64,000 bases of DNA from NCBI GenBank assembly GCA_000092065.1, contig CP000589.1; one strand, written 5' to 3'. Made by a program: the position numbers and the translations under genes. The notes under the pieces were generated by a model. It saw nothing but the letters and a program-made list of their open reading frames with translations, did no database searches and was not told the DNA's origin. Shown here piece after piece: positions 9,333 to 19,040 of the stretch (its first letter is position 1; every line of letters starts with the position of its first letter). This DNA comes from Ostreococcus lucimarinus (taxonomy: Eukaryota).

Positions 9333-10192
9333 ATGAATCAGGCGGACGTGGACAAACAGATCAACCAGGTCCGTCGCGTCTCCCGTCGTCGCGCCTCGAC
9401 GACGTCGCCATCGCGCGCGGCCACCGCTCGTCGATCTCGCGACGGAAACCGAGCGCGCGAAACGCGTCCACGCGCGACGACTGACGGCTCCGTCGCGCCC
9501 GCGCGACGCACGCGCAGATGGTGCAGTTCATCAAGCAAGAGGCGAACGAGAAGGCGCGCGAGATCGCCATCGCGACCGAGGAGGAGTTTAACATCGAAAA
9601 GCTCTCCATGGTGGATGGGGAAAAGATCAAAATAGCGAAGGAGTACGAACGAAAAGAAACCACCGTGGACACGGCGAAGAAGATCGAGGCGTCGACGGGG
9701 CGAAACGCGATGCGGTTGAAGGTGCTGAGCGCGCGGGCGCAGGCGATGGAGACGGTGGTGGAGGAAGCGCGCGCGAAACTGGCGGAGACGAGCGCGGACG
9801 CCGGACGATACCGGACGCTGATGACGGCGTTGATCGTGCAAGGGGCGCGAAAACTCGGCGATGCGAGCGTGCGCGTGCGATGCCGGGAGTGCGATGCGGC
9901 GGTGGCGCGCGAGGCGGTGGCGGCGGCGGCGGCGGAGATGCCCGGGACGACGGTGACGTTGGACGAGTCGTCGAGTCTGCCGGCGGCGCCCGCGTGTTCG
10001 GGCGGCGTCGAAGTCGCGAACTCGACGGGTAAGATCGTGTGCGATAACACCCTGGACGCACGCTTGCGTATCGCGTACGAAAACGGTACCCCGGCGATTC
10101 GGGCGAAGATTTTCGGCGAGTCGAGCGCCGACGCCTCCGCGCGCGAGCGCGCCGCGGTTCCCGCCTCCGCGCCCAATTTAATCGCTCTTTAA
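9333..10192 (+). CDS. VHA-E: V-type H+-ATPase subunit E, two exons (9333..9368 + 9518..10192) with one GT..AG intron at 9369..9517
   Basis: Exon 1 MNQADVDKQINQ plus exon 2 MVQFIKQEANEKAREIAIATEEEFNIEKL... reproduces the canonical VHA-E N-terminus (MNDADVSKQIQQMVRFIRQEAEEKA..EEEFNIEKL). The C-terminus CSGGVEVANSTGKIVCDNTLDARLRIAY matches CSGGVVLASRDGKIVFENTLDARLEVVF. The intron has GTCCGT donor, a CTGAC motif and a CAG acceptor. Confidence 0.85.
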
Positions 10193-10274
10193 CCCCTCGC
10201 CCCTCGCGCGCGCCGCGCGCCGCGATCTCTACACGCATCTCTAGCCATTGTTACAATCCTATCGAATCGAATCA

Positions 10275-10610
10275 CTACTTGAACGTCGTCGGCGCCTTGG
10301 CCAACCTTCCGCTCGCCGTCGTTCTGATTTGCTCCGCCTCCGCCGCCAACTCCTCCACCACCTGCGAGCTCGCGCTGCTCACGCTGAACGTCCGCTCCTC
10401 CGTCTTGAACGGTTTCACCCTCTTCTGCGCCTGCTGTTTGCTCTGCGCCAGCGCCAGTTCGAACCCTCTGAGGACGTTTCCTCCCGAGCTGTGATCGGTG
10501 AGCAGCGACGTCTCGAGGTCGTACACCTGACGCTCGATCTCCGCCGCGTCGGCCTCGATCTTGGCGCGGCGCTGCTTGAGGTGCGTCATCGTCGCGTTCT
10601 TTTCGCTCAT
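10275..10610 (-). CDS. EAF6: EAF6/MEAF6, NuA4 histone acetyltransferase complex subunit
   Basis: LKQRRAKIEADAAEIERQVYDLETSLLTDHSSGGNVLRGFE......KPFKTEERTFSVSSASS matches the Eaf6 signature (LxxLxrQIYxxEgsYLEdtqxyGNiirGwdxYl....rKfKeaeRlFSkSSvTS). Start moved from 10739 to the ATG at 10610. Confidence 0.8.
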   Translation of the reverse strand: MSEKNATMTHLKQRRAKIEADAAEIERQVYDLETSLLTDHSSGGNVLRGFELALAQSKQQAQKRVKPFKTEERTFSVSSASSQVVEELAAEAEQIRTTASGRLAKAPTTFK

Positions 10611-10772
10611 CGCTCGTCGCGTCGCGCGGGCGAGGCGGGCGAGGTGTGCGGAACGCGAATGAATTCGGTTCGGCATGCATTCATTCTCACGCGCAGCGCG
10701 GCGACTCGGCGAGACGGCGGCGGCGCGGCTACGCGCCACGCGTGGACCCGGCGTTGGACGTCTGAGAGGACG

Positions 10773-12305
10773 CTAAGGACCCGGACGCGCGAGTAACACC
10801 CCGACCAAGGCTTCGTGGTAATCGACGCTCGCGGGGGAGGACTTTAAGCGCTCGGGGAGGGCGTCGGCGAGCGCGCGCTGCGCGGCGACGACGGAGACGC
10901 CGACGGGCGGCGGGAGCGGCGGACCACGGCGAGGGGAATCGCACAGACCCAGACGCTGGCGCAGGGCGAGATTTTCAGCCTGCGCGCGCGCGTGCGCGTC
11001 CACCATGTCGGAGGGGTGCCGCGAAGGGAACACGCAGTCGGCGTGGTCGTTTTCAAATTTGACGTTGACGCACACGGCGCGAGGGATTTGAGCGTCGCGA
11101 ACGCACACCAAGCCGTCGCTGGGCTCGCCGTAGCGATTGTCGATGTAGCGCGCGGATGGAAACAAACCGGCCGCGGCGGATTTCGTCGCCGTGGCGAAGG
11201 ACACCACGGGATAGTGACTCGGAATGGGGTGCGCGGCGAGAAAAGCGCGACGTTCGCGATACGTCAAGTCGCGAATAGGCTCGAGCAATCGAGCGCCGTC
11301 GCCTTTGGGCGCGCTCACCAAAATTTCAAGAAGCGAAGCGACGGGGTCCGCCAACGGCGCGCTGAGTAAATCGGTCGCGATGGGTGACCCTCCGAACGGG
11401 CTTTGCACCGCGATTAAACCGCGCACGAGCTTTCGTAGTCTGTCGTCGTGCAACGCGAGCGCCGCGCCTCCGTCGACGCCGCCCTTCGAGTGTCCAATGA
11501 TCACGACACGTTTCCCAGTCTCGGCGTGAATATCTTCAATCTCGCGCGCCAGTGCCTTTGCGTTCGTTACGACCGCGCCTTCGCCATCGACCAAACGCGA
11601 GATGCGACACTGCGCTCCGCGGTCTCGGAACGCCTGCTCAACGTCGGCGTAGTATCGCGGATAGTACGATCCAAACAAACCTGGCACGAGCAGATAAAAG
11701 TACTCCGCACCCGTCGCGAGCACGCTCCCAGGACGCGCTAAAACTCCTTCCAAAGCTTCCTCGAACGCCGATTCGCCGTCGATCGTCGTTTCCGCCGCCT
11801 CGTCGTCCAACCATCCGACGTCGCCTCGACTCGCCGCCGTGCTCGCGAGCGCGTTCGACATCTGCCGCATCAAATCCGCCGGCACCTCCGTCCAAGACGC
11901 TCGCGCGTCGACGAACGCTCTCGCTGCCTCGCGCGCCGCGCGTAGTCTCGCGACGCTGTCGCCCGCGGCGGCGTCGAGCCACTCCGCCGCCGCCGCCGCC
12001 GCCGGCAAGTCGCGCGCGCGTCGCAGCGCCGCGAGCGCCTCGCCCAGCGCCTCCGCGTCGACGAACGCGCCGCTGTCGACGAATGGAAACCGCGACCTCG
12101 CCGGTGGCGCCGCGACGTCCGTAGCTTCCGTCGCGTCCGTCGCGTCGTCGTTTCCGTCGTCATCGTTCTCGAGCGTGTCTTCGCCAAGTTTCGACGACGA
12201 CGACGTCGCGACGTCGCGTCGCGCGGCCGCGCGCGACGAACGAGCGCGTTGCGGTACGTTCGCTCGGACTGGTGCGAGGCGCGCGCGCGCGAGGGCGAGG
12301 CGCAT
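10773..12305 (-). CDS. alpha/beta-hydrolase-fold lipase-like protein (GHSKGG nucleophile elbow) with R/A-rich N-terminal presequence
   Basis: LVPGLFGSYYPRYYADVEQAF...KRVVIIGHSKGGVDGG shows a lipase-type GxSxG. The track ORF reaches 12728, but that part overlaps the upstream gene and is S/P-rich. The ATG at 12305 (MRLALARARL...) is the first plausible start. Confidence 0.65.
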   Translation of the reverse strand: MRLALARARLAPVRANVPQRARSSRAAARRDVATSSSSKLGEDTLENDDDGNDDATDATEATDVAAPPARSRFPFVDSGAFVDAEALGEALAALRRARDLPAAAAAAEWLDAAAGDSVARLRAAREAARAFVDARASWTEVPADLMRQMSNALASTAASRGDVGWLDDEAAETTIDGESAFEEALEGVLARPGSVLATGAEYFYLLVPGLFGSYYPRYYADVEQAFRDRGAQCRISRLVDGEGAVVTNAKALAREIEDIHAETGKRVVIIGHSKGGVDGGAALALHDDRLRKLVRGLIAVQSPFGGSPIATDLLSAPLADPVASLLEILVSAPKGDGARLLEPIRDLTYRERRAFLAAHPIPSHYPVVSFATATKSAAAGLFPSARYIDNRYGEPSDGLVCVRDAQIPRAVCVNVKFENDHADCVFPSRHPSDMVDAHARAQAENLALRQRLGLCDSPRRGPPLPPPVGVSVVAAQRALADALPERLKSSPASVDYHEALVGVLLARPGP

Positions 12306-12351
12306 GAGGACGACGGACGCGATGTGACGACGCGACGCGACAGTTACTCCG

Positions 12352-14688
12352 TTACACGCGAAAGGACTTTGCGATCGCCTCGATCGCCTCGATGGCGCTA
12401 GATTCCACCCGGTCGTTGTGTGCGATCGATTGCTTGAGGGCACGGATGATATCGCGCGCGGGCGCGACGGCGGGCGGCGCGGCGCGGAGCCAGTCGGCGG
12501 GGAGGACGTCGACGACGGCTTGAAGCGACGCCGCGCACGCGGCTGGATCCACGAGCTGTAAACGCACGTAAGGGATGACTTGGGCGCCGATGATGCCGTC
12601 GGCGACGATGCGCTGAAGCGCGGCGCGGTCGACAATATCTTCAAACGCGAATGCGCTTCGAACGAGATCCAAAGCGAGTCGGAATTGAGCTTGGGCGTGA
12701 CGTGCGGCGTTTGGCGCGCACGTGGCAACTATTGGCGAATACGTCGGTACCGCGCATTCCTCTGCGCATCGCTTCAGTCGACGTTGTAACGCGATGACAA
12801 TCTCCTTTGCCTCTTCGTTCGCGCTCGGTTCGACGTAGACGAAGATATCCTTGAGCGTAGACGCCAGAGCGCGCGATTGCGCCGGATCTCGCGGTTCCCA
12901 CCACTCTTCCACAGCCTCCGATGCGATCGGTAAAACGACGTGCTGCACCATGTTGGGCAACAAATTCGCATCTTCGTCACCTTCGTCGATTTTTCCATCA
13001 ATCACGCCGTAGTCGAACAGTTGTCCGTACCAAGACATTGCGTCCAACGCGCCTGGCGCAGTTTTCCCAGCGAGCGGAAACAACGGAGACCATCCAATCA
13101 GTTCCAATCGCACGAAAGGAGCGAAGAGATTAGGGACGGAGACCGACATATACGTGCTCTTATACGAACCAAGGTGCGTGCGCTTCCATTCCTCGGCGTG
13201 CCTTTTCACCGCGCTGAGCGTCGAGAACTCTTCTGACGCGTCCTTGAGCATCGAGCTCGCCGCGTCTCTGGCGTCCGCCCAATCTTTGTGAAGCAATCCG
13301 ACCTCGCGTTCGTCCTCAGCGACCGCCATTGCCGTGTCGCTCGACTCACGTCGCTTTGATCGCGCCTTGACTTTTTCCCGCATCGCGATGTTCAAGTCTC
13401 TGCCCATGTCGTCCAACTTTTCACCGTGCAAACCTTTGGCGTTGAACACGGCGTCCCGAATAGCCGTCACCGCAGTCGCCTTCGCCTCGGTCTGCGAACC
13501 GCTGCGTTGTAACACTGCGTTCACCGCTTCCGCCGCGGCTTCCGCTTCGATCGCGCTCTCCTCGAACTCGGCATTCATCGCCTGCGTCAGCGCTTGCGCT
13601 CGTTCCGCGTGGAATTTTCTATAATGCTCCTCGAGCTCGTCTAAGATGAGCTTCTTTTCGTGCAGCATGGCGCACGCGTCTCTAAAGTAATCGCGCAACT
13701 TTTGAGTGAACACGTATCGCTCACTCGCATCCTTGAGCTCCTTCTCGTAAAACGCCAAAGCCTCTTGACTCTTCACCGCGTTTTCGTCGGCGCGAGTCGC
13801 CTCCCTTCTCGCCGTCTCGCTCGACGACTCCGCTGCCTCCAACGCGCGTTTCAAACTTTCGAACGCTTCCATACCACCTCGTTCGATCGAAACCCCAGTA
13901 CCCGCCCGCTCCATCGTCGCTCGCGCGTCCCGAGCGCTTCGACGCATCTCCGGCTCGTCCCTGAACACGCGTTGCAACTGCGCGCGCTCAAACTCATCGT
14001 CGTCGCTCCCCGGCAAGATATCACCCTCCACGTACCCCGCATACCTATCTCGCGCACCACCGTCTCGCACGCTCTTAAACGCCACGCGCTCTCGGCGTCC
14101 GCCGCTAGAATCTAAGTCGACGTAATCCGCCGCCGTCGATTTCGCCCTCGCCGCCTCCCGCTTCGCCTTCGCCTCCGCGATCGTCTTCGCGTCCGGAATC
14201 ACCGTTCCCACCCCCCCCGCCGTCTCGCGCGCCGGCGGCGGCGGCGTCCACGCCTCCGCGCTCGTCCCTCCGAAGACGTCGCTCGCCGACCGTCCCGCCG
14301 TCCCGCTCGCCGCCGCGCCCCCCCTGTCCTCCGGTCGATCTCGCAGCGTCGCCTGCTCGCGCCGCAGCGCCGCCAGCGCCGCCGCGTCGTACGTTCGCGT
14401 CTCCCCCGTCGTCGTCGTCGTCGTCCCTCGTCGCGCGTCCATCGCCGCGACGCCTCGTCGTCTCGTCGCCTTCGCCGCGCGCGCGTCGCCGCCGCCGCCG
14501 CCGTCGTCCTCGTCGTCGTCGCGCGGCGCGTCGTCCTCGAACGACAGCAGCGCGCGCGCGCTCGACGCTTTCTTTCGCGCGCGCGGCGTCGTCGTCGCCG
14601 GCGTCGCGTCGTCGCCGTCGCGCGTCGCGTCGCCGTCGCGCGTTCGATTCGCCGACGACGATTTCGTCGCGCGACGACGGAACGCCAT
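12352..14688 (-). CDS. GCFC-domain protein (PAXBP1 / GC-rich-sequence DNA-binding-factor-like; probable splicing/intron-lariat factor)
   Basis: N-terminus MAFRRRATKS...ALLSFEDD...DDDEDD resembles PAXBP1 (MFRKARR...SLLSFQDEEEE). The C-terminal half has GCFC-like motifs (YMSVSVPNLFAPFVRLELIGWSPLF; WWEPRDP). Start moved from 14844 to 14688. Confidence 0.6.
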   Translation of the reverse strand: MAFRRRATKSSSANRTRDGDATRDGDDATPATTTPRARKKASSARALLSFEDDAPRDDDEDDGGGGGDARAAKATRRRGVAAMDARRGTTTTTTGETRTYDAAALAALRREQATLRDRPEDRGGAAASGTAGRSASDVFGGTSAEAWTPPPPARETAGGVGTVIPDAKTIAEAKAKREAARAKSTAADYVDLDSSGGRRERVAFKSVRDGGARDRYAGYVEGDILPGSDDDEFERAQLQRVFRDEPEMRRSARDARATMERAGTGVSIERGGMEAFESLKRALEAAESSSETARREATRADENAVKSQEALAFYEKELKDASERYVFTQKLRDYFRDACAMLHEKKLILDELEEHYRKFHAERAQALTQAMNAEFEESAIEAEAAAEAVNAVLQRSGSQTEAKATAVTAIRDAVFNAKGLHGEKLDDMGRDLNIAMREKVKARSKRRESSDTAMAVAEDEREVGLLHKDWADARDAASSMLKDASEEFSTLSAVKRHAEEWKRTHLGSYKSTYMSVSVPNLFAPFVRLELIGWSPLFPLAGKTAPGALDAMSWYGQLFDYGVIDGKIDEGDEDANLLPNMVQHVVLPIASEAVEEWWEPRDPAQSRALASTLKDIFVYVEPSANEEAKEIVIALQRRLKRCAEECAVPTYSPIVATCAPNAARHAQAQFRLALDLVRSAFAFEDIVDRAALQRIVADGIIGAQVIPYVRLQLVDPAACAASLQAVVDVLPADWLRAAPPAVAPARDIIRALKQSIAHNDRVESSAIEAIEAIAKSFRV

Positions 14689-14804
14689 CGCGACGCGCGC
14701 GCGCGACGACGGCGCGAAAACGACGGAATCGGCGTCGCGCGTCGCGTCGCGAGAGCGCGTCGCGCGCGCGCGTGTGGCGCGTTCATGAATGAATCGATGC
14801 GTCG

Positions 14805-17800
14805 ATGGCGCGCGCGCGTTCGACGAAACGGCGTCGCCGCACACCGACGCGCGCGCGCGGCGTCGCGCGCATGGAGCGCTCGAGCGCGCCGTCGCGCGCC
14901 GTCGCGTCGACGCGCGCGCGCTCGCGCGCGTCGAGCGCGTCGAGCGACGTCGACGCGTCGCGCGCGGTGTCGAACGCGCTCGCGCGTTTGAAAACGCTCG
15001 CGACGACGACGACGGCGCGGGAATCGCGCGCGCGCGGCGCGGACGTCGCGCGCGCGATCGTGGACGCGTTCGAGGCGCTGGCGCGCGCGGAGGCGCGCGG
15101 AGGACGACGGGCGGAGGGAGACGCGGTGGAGGCGGCGCGACGCGCGGCGCTCGGACGCGCGGCGGACGACGACGAGGGGAGGGAATCGGACGGCGAAAGC
15201 GAGCGCGACGCGCGCGCGGTGGACGCGCTGTATGGATTGCGGCGGGCGGTGCACGCGGAGGGGTGTTCGGGGGACGTGCGGGTGAATTGCGCGCGCGTGG
15301 TGGAGGCGTTCGCGCGCGAGCCGGCGTCGACGACGACGGAGGCTCGGTGGCGCGCGCTCGTGGATTGCGTGCCGAACACGCCGAGGTCGGGACGCGAGAT
15401 CGTGGCGATGGCGTCGCCGAACGCGCGCGTGGGCGTCGGATCGCGGGATTGGGCGTTGAGCGTCGGCGCGGCGTTGGCGACGGCGGCTCGATGGAACGAC
15501 GTCGCGGCGACGGAATTGTTTGAACTCATCGACGATAAGATTCAGGGAGGCGCGGGCGAGCGCGTGGTTGGGTTGACGCTGCTTCACGCCGCGCTCGCCG
15601 TCGATGGTTTAGTCGCGAGCGATGATTTAGTCGTCGCCGTGCACAAGGCGTTGACGGCGGTGAGCGGCGCGCCGGTGGAGAATGGATTCGCGTGCGCGAG
15701 CGTCGGCATGCGTTGCGTGTGCGCGGCGGCGAGGAACCTTTCCATGGGCGACGTCAGGACGTTACGAAGCGCGTGGCTCGAGCCGAGACTGCGTGCTCAA
15801 GGATTTACCTGGCACAGCGCGCAAAGCGACGAGTCGCGCGCGACGCTTTCGCTCATTGAATATTTAAAAATCCCGCGAGACGAGCGGCTCGGCGCGACGG
15901 CGATGTCGGCGTTTTTGATAGCTGATTTGGATCTCGTCGGTTACGTCGACGCCGAGGAGTTCAAACGCAAAGTCGTGCACGGGTCGGTCGATCTGGATAG
16001 TCCGGCGTTTCGCGCGCTCGCGGCGAGCGAACGCGCCGTCGGACGAACCGTCGCGGCGGCAATCATCGCCACGCAAATGAATCTCATTCACACGCTTTAC
16101 GTCGCACCTGGTCAAGAAGATGACGCGGACGAGTTACGGATGAAAGTAGCTACTGAGGGTGGAAGGATTCTGTGCGGTAAAGCTCTCGATTTACTTCGAC
16201 TGGAGCGCGCGAATACGGCGAGTTTGACAGAGAACGCGCAGATGAAGGTTGAGGAGCTGACCACGGATGCTCAACCGAGCACGTTCTTCGGGGTTTTGAG
16301 CTACGCACTGACGACGAACGTGATCGATATCGATGAAAATGAGCGCGCAAAGCTCGTTTCGTGGTGCTGCGACAAATTGAGTGAAAAATTCGTCACCGCG
16401 ACGGATGCTTCGATGCGCGCGATGATCACCTCTGGCTGCTTGAGCGCTCTCTTACGCCTCGCCGAGACATCGGAGAACGCAGCGATGGCGGACGCATGTA
16501 TGCAGTGCGTTTCGGTGCTCATCGATCTGATATTGGTACCTAGCACACTGTACGACTTTGTCGAAATCATAGCCTTCAAAACACCGTCGTTGGATTTACT
16601 CGGCGTTGAGAGCAAGTCAGAGGACGACAAACGAGCGACTTACGTGGTGGCGGCGCTGAATTGGTCGGTGTCTCGTATTCGAGCCTCATCGACGGTTGCA
16701 CAAGCCGACAAATCACTCAACTTATTCAGAAGATTATTTGTCTTGCTCCCGGAAACGGAGCACACGACTTGGTTGGAATATTTCACTGACGCGTACGCGA
16801 GCGCCGCGTTGTGGGCGGGCTGCGTCGAAAAAGAAGTCGCGGTGGATACTGACCGCGTGCTCGCAGATGACGCGGCGCGCAAGTGTGTAGAGTCGTTCGA
16901 AGCTGATATCTCACGCGAGACATCGAAAAAGACGCCAGAGTGGTTGGGAAATCTTCAAACGCGCGCGAGATGGTTGAATGAAGCGTTTGCTGCGCTCGGC
17001 GAAGACGCCTACCTTAGAGCACACTTCACCGCAGACCTCGCCGCAATCGTGTCAAAGTCTGTGGATGTCGGACTCCAAGGTTCGACCGACCCGAAAGTCA
17101 ATGCATCGTACTGGCCATATGAAAGCAAGCGTCCACTCATCGTCCCTCGCGCGCCGCTGGGACCGGGTGGTATTTTGGCGACGTCGGCTGCGACGTTTGA
17201 TCTCATCGCCAAGCAGCTTGAATCGCAATTTCTCGCGATCGAGACGAGTTTGCAGAAATCACTGATGGAACACACTGGTCTAATTCACATGATGACCACG
17301 GTAACATCAGCCGTCGCCGCCGCTGGCGTCGCCATCAAGACACCGGGCGGCGCGAGCGCGGGGCGCGTCGCCGCCGCCGCCGCGCGAGCGCTCGTCCTAG
17401 TGGCGCAATCCATCACGCATCTGCACGTCACTGTTAACTGCAGTGAGATGCAATTGAGAAACGAAGAACGGGAGCTCCTGTTGCTCACCAAACAGTTACT
17501 CGAAGCGTCCAACGTTATGGAGCAAAGGAAGACGCTTGAAGCCGCGCCGGGGGTGCATCGCCGTCGCTACGCCGCGGCCCGCGCGGCGTTGGCTCGCGCC
17601 CTCAGTCTCACCGATGCCTCCTCCGAAGACATCAAATTCGAGCTCAACAAAATTCGCAAGCGTCGACACTCAAAGCGCTGGACGGAAAAGCACCAGCGTC
17701 CACCGACCGCGCCGCGTCCCGCCTCCGCCGTCAACTTCACCGCTCGCGAAGCCGAGCCCGACGACTTCGTCGACGAGGACGGCGTCTCCATACTCGAAGC

Positions 17801-17894
17801 CTTCGAGCCGAGCACGGACGAGGAATCCGACAGCGGCGATAACGACGACGACGCCTTCGTCGTGCGCGGGATGCAGGACTTCGACGAACCATAG
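14805..17894 (+). CDS. large hypothetical protein (~1000 aa), helical/ARM-like with acidic C-terminus; function unknown (possibly a Rix1/PELP1-type scaffold, unverified)
   Basis: A single 3.1-kb ORF. The 5' ~700 bp is extremely GC-rich and the 3' half is ~50% GC. No confident family assignment. Confidence 0.6.
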   Translation: MARARSTKRRRRTPTRARGVARMERSSAPSRAVASTRARSRASSASSDVDASRAVSNALARLKTLATTTTARESRARGADVARAIVDAFEALARAEARGGRRAEGDAVEAARRAALGRAADDDEGRESDGESERDARAVDALYGLRRAVHAEGCSGDVRVNCARVVEAFAREPASTTTEARWRALVDCVPNTPRSGREIVAMASPNARVGVGSRDWALSVGAALATAARWNDVAATELFELIDDKIQGGAGERVVGLTLLHAALAVDGLVASDDLVVAVHKALTAVSGAPVENGFACASVGMRCVCAAARNLSMGDVRTLRSAWLEPRLRAQGFTWHSAQSDESRATLSLIEYLKIPRDERLGATAMSAFLIADLDLVGYVDAEEFKRKVVHGSVDLDSPAFRALAASERAVGRTVAAAIIATQMNLIHTLYVAPGQEDDADELRMKVATEGGRILCGKALDLLRLERANTASLTENAQMKVEELTTDAQPSTFFGVLSYALTTNVIDIDENERAKLVSWCCDKLSEKFVTATDASMRAMITSGCLSALLRLAETSENAAMADACMQCVSVLIDLILVPSTLYDFVEIIAFKTPSLDLLGVESKSEDDKRATYVVAALNWSVSRIRASSTVAQADKSLNLFRRLFVLLPETEHTTWLEYFTDAYASAALWAGCVEKEVAVDTDRVLADDAARKCVESFEADISRETSKKTPEWLGNLQTRARWLNEAFAALGEDAYLRAHFTADLAAIVSKSVDVGLQGSTDPKVNASYWPYESKRPLIVPRAPLGPGGILATSAATFDLIAKQLESQFLAIETSLQKSLMEHTGLIHMMTTVTSAVAAAGVAIKTPGGASAGRVAAAAARALVLVAQSITHLHVTVNCSEMQLRNEERELLLLTKQLLEASNVMEQRKTLEAAPGVHRRRYAAARAALARALSLTDASSEDIKFELNKIRKRRHSKRWTEKHQRPPTAPRPASAVNFTAREAEPDDFVDEDGVSILEAFEPSTDEESDSGDNDDDAFVVRGMQDFDEP

Positions 17895-17959
17895 CTTAAA
17901 TTGTATTATACGCCCGCGCGTCCCGACCGACGCCCCTCCGCCTCGCCTCACAACCGCCC

Positions 17960-18922
17960 ATGCCCTTCACCTCCCCGCCCCTCCAGCGCGCCTTCGCCGC
18001 CGTCGTGTACGTCAGCGAGGGTCGTCGCACCGCCGTCCTCGACGTCATCGAGCGCGTCGCGCGCGAGGCGACCGCGCCTCGTCGTCCCGTCGCGCTGGTG
18101 AACGTCTTCAGGGACGCCGAGTACAACAGGACTGGGTTCACCCTCGCCGGCCGCGACGTCGATGACGTCCGACGAGCCGCGCTCGACGTCGCCCAGGTGT
18201 CTCTGCGCGAGGTGGACATGCGCGCGCACGACGCCACGCACCCGAGAGTGGGCGTGGTGGACCACGTGAGTTGTCACGCGTTGGCGGGCGAACGCGCCGG
18301 CGCGGCGAAACTCGCGAAATCCATCGGTGAAGGCTTGGGAACGCTGGGCGTGCCGGTAAAATTATACGGAGACGCGGCGAGCGATGGGATCGGGCTGGAT
18401 GAGATTCGGCGACGGAGTGGGTACTTTAGCGGCGCCGCGGGCGGGCGGTGGACGGGGGAGTTCGCCGTCGAGCGCGGGTTCGCGTTCGATTACGGCCCGA
18501 GCGACGTGCCCGAGCGCGAGGGGTTCGGCATGGTGGGCGCGGTGCCTTGGGTGTGTAACTATAACGTCCCTCTGGCGTTCACGTTCGCGGATGAGGGTTT
18601 GGATGCGGAGACGAGGATGACGCGCGCGATGGCGTTTGGACGCGCCGTGGCCAAGCGCGTATCGGCGCGCGGCGGCGGTCTACCCTCGGTGCAATCCATG
18701 GCGTTGCCACACGGCGGAAAAGTCGAGGTGGCGTGTAATTTATTAGACGTCGACGCGTCGTCCACGGCGGACGTGCAGCGCGCGACGGCGGCGGCGGTGG
18801 CGGAGACGGACGCGCTCAAAATTCTAGGCGCCGGCGCGTCGGCGATGGTGGAAGACGGTTACGTCACCAATCAAACCCCAGAGAGCATCATCCGCGCCAT
18901 CGATGCGATCGACGCGCGTTAG
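17960..18922 (+). CDS. formiminotransferase-domain protein (FTCD N-terminal transferase domain only, no cyclodeaminase domain)
   Basis: Matches FTCD-N blocks: VVYVSEGRRTAVLDVIERV / LVNVFRDAEYNRTGFTLAG / HPRVGVVDHVSC / VPVKLYGDAA / DYGP / GMVGAVPWVCNYNVPL. Confidence 0.8.
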   Translation: MPFTSPPLQRAFAAVVYVSEGRRTAVLDVIERVAREATAPRRPVALVNVFRDAEYNRTGFTLAGRDVDDVRRAALDVAQVSLREVDMRAHDATHPRVGVVDHVSCHALAGERAGAAKLAKSIGEGLGTLGVPVKLYGDAASDGIGLDEIRRRSGYFSGAAGGRWTGEFAVERGFAFDYGPSDVPEREGFGMVGAVPWVCNYNVPLAFTFADEGLDAETRMTRAMAFGRAVAKRVSARGGGLPSVQSMALPHGGKVEVACNLLDVDASSTADVQRATAAAVAETDALKILGAGASAMVEDGYVTNQTPESIIRAIDAIDAR

Positions 18923-19040
18923 TTCGCCCCGCGTTCGCTTTAATGCATTCATCTCATTCGCGCGACGCTTCGGCGCGTTCCATCGGCGCGCGCGTCTCGG
19001 ACGCCTCGACTCGTCCTCACACCTCGACGCGCCGGTCGAC

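Noticed and set aside
10430-10470. tRNA-like T-loop fragments (e.g. AGTTCGAACCC at ~10450, GATTCGAACG at ~475)
   Set aside because: Neither is preceded by a GG or embedded in a sequence that can form a cloverleaf, and both lie inside protein-coding frames. No convincing tRNA or rRNA gene was found.
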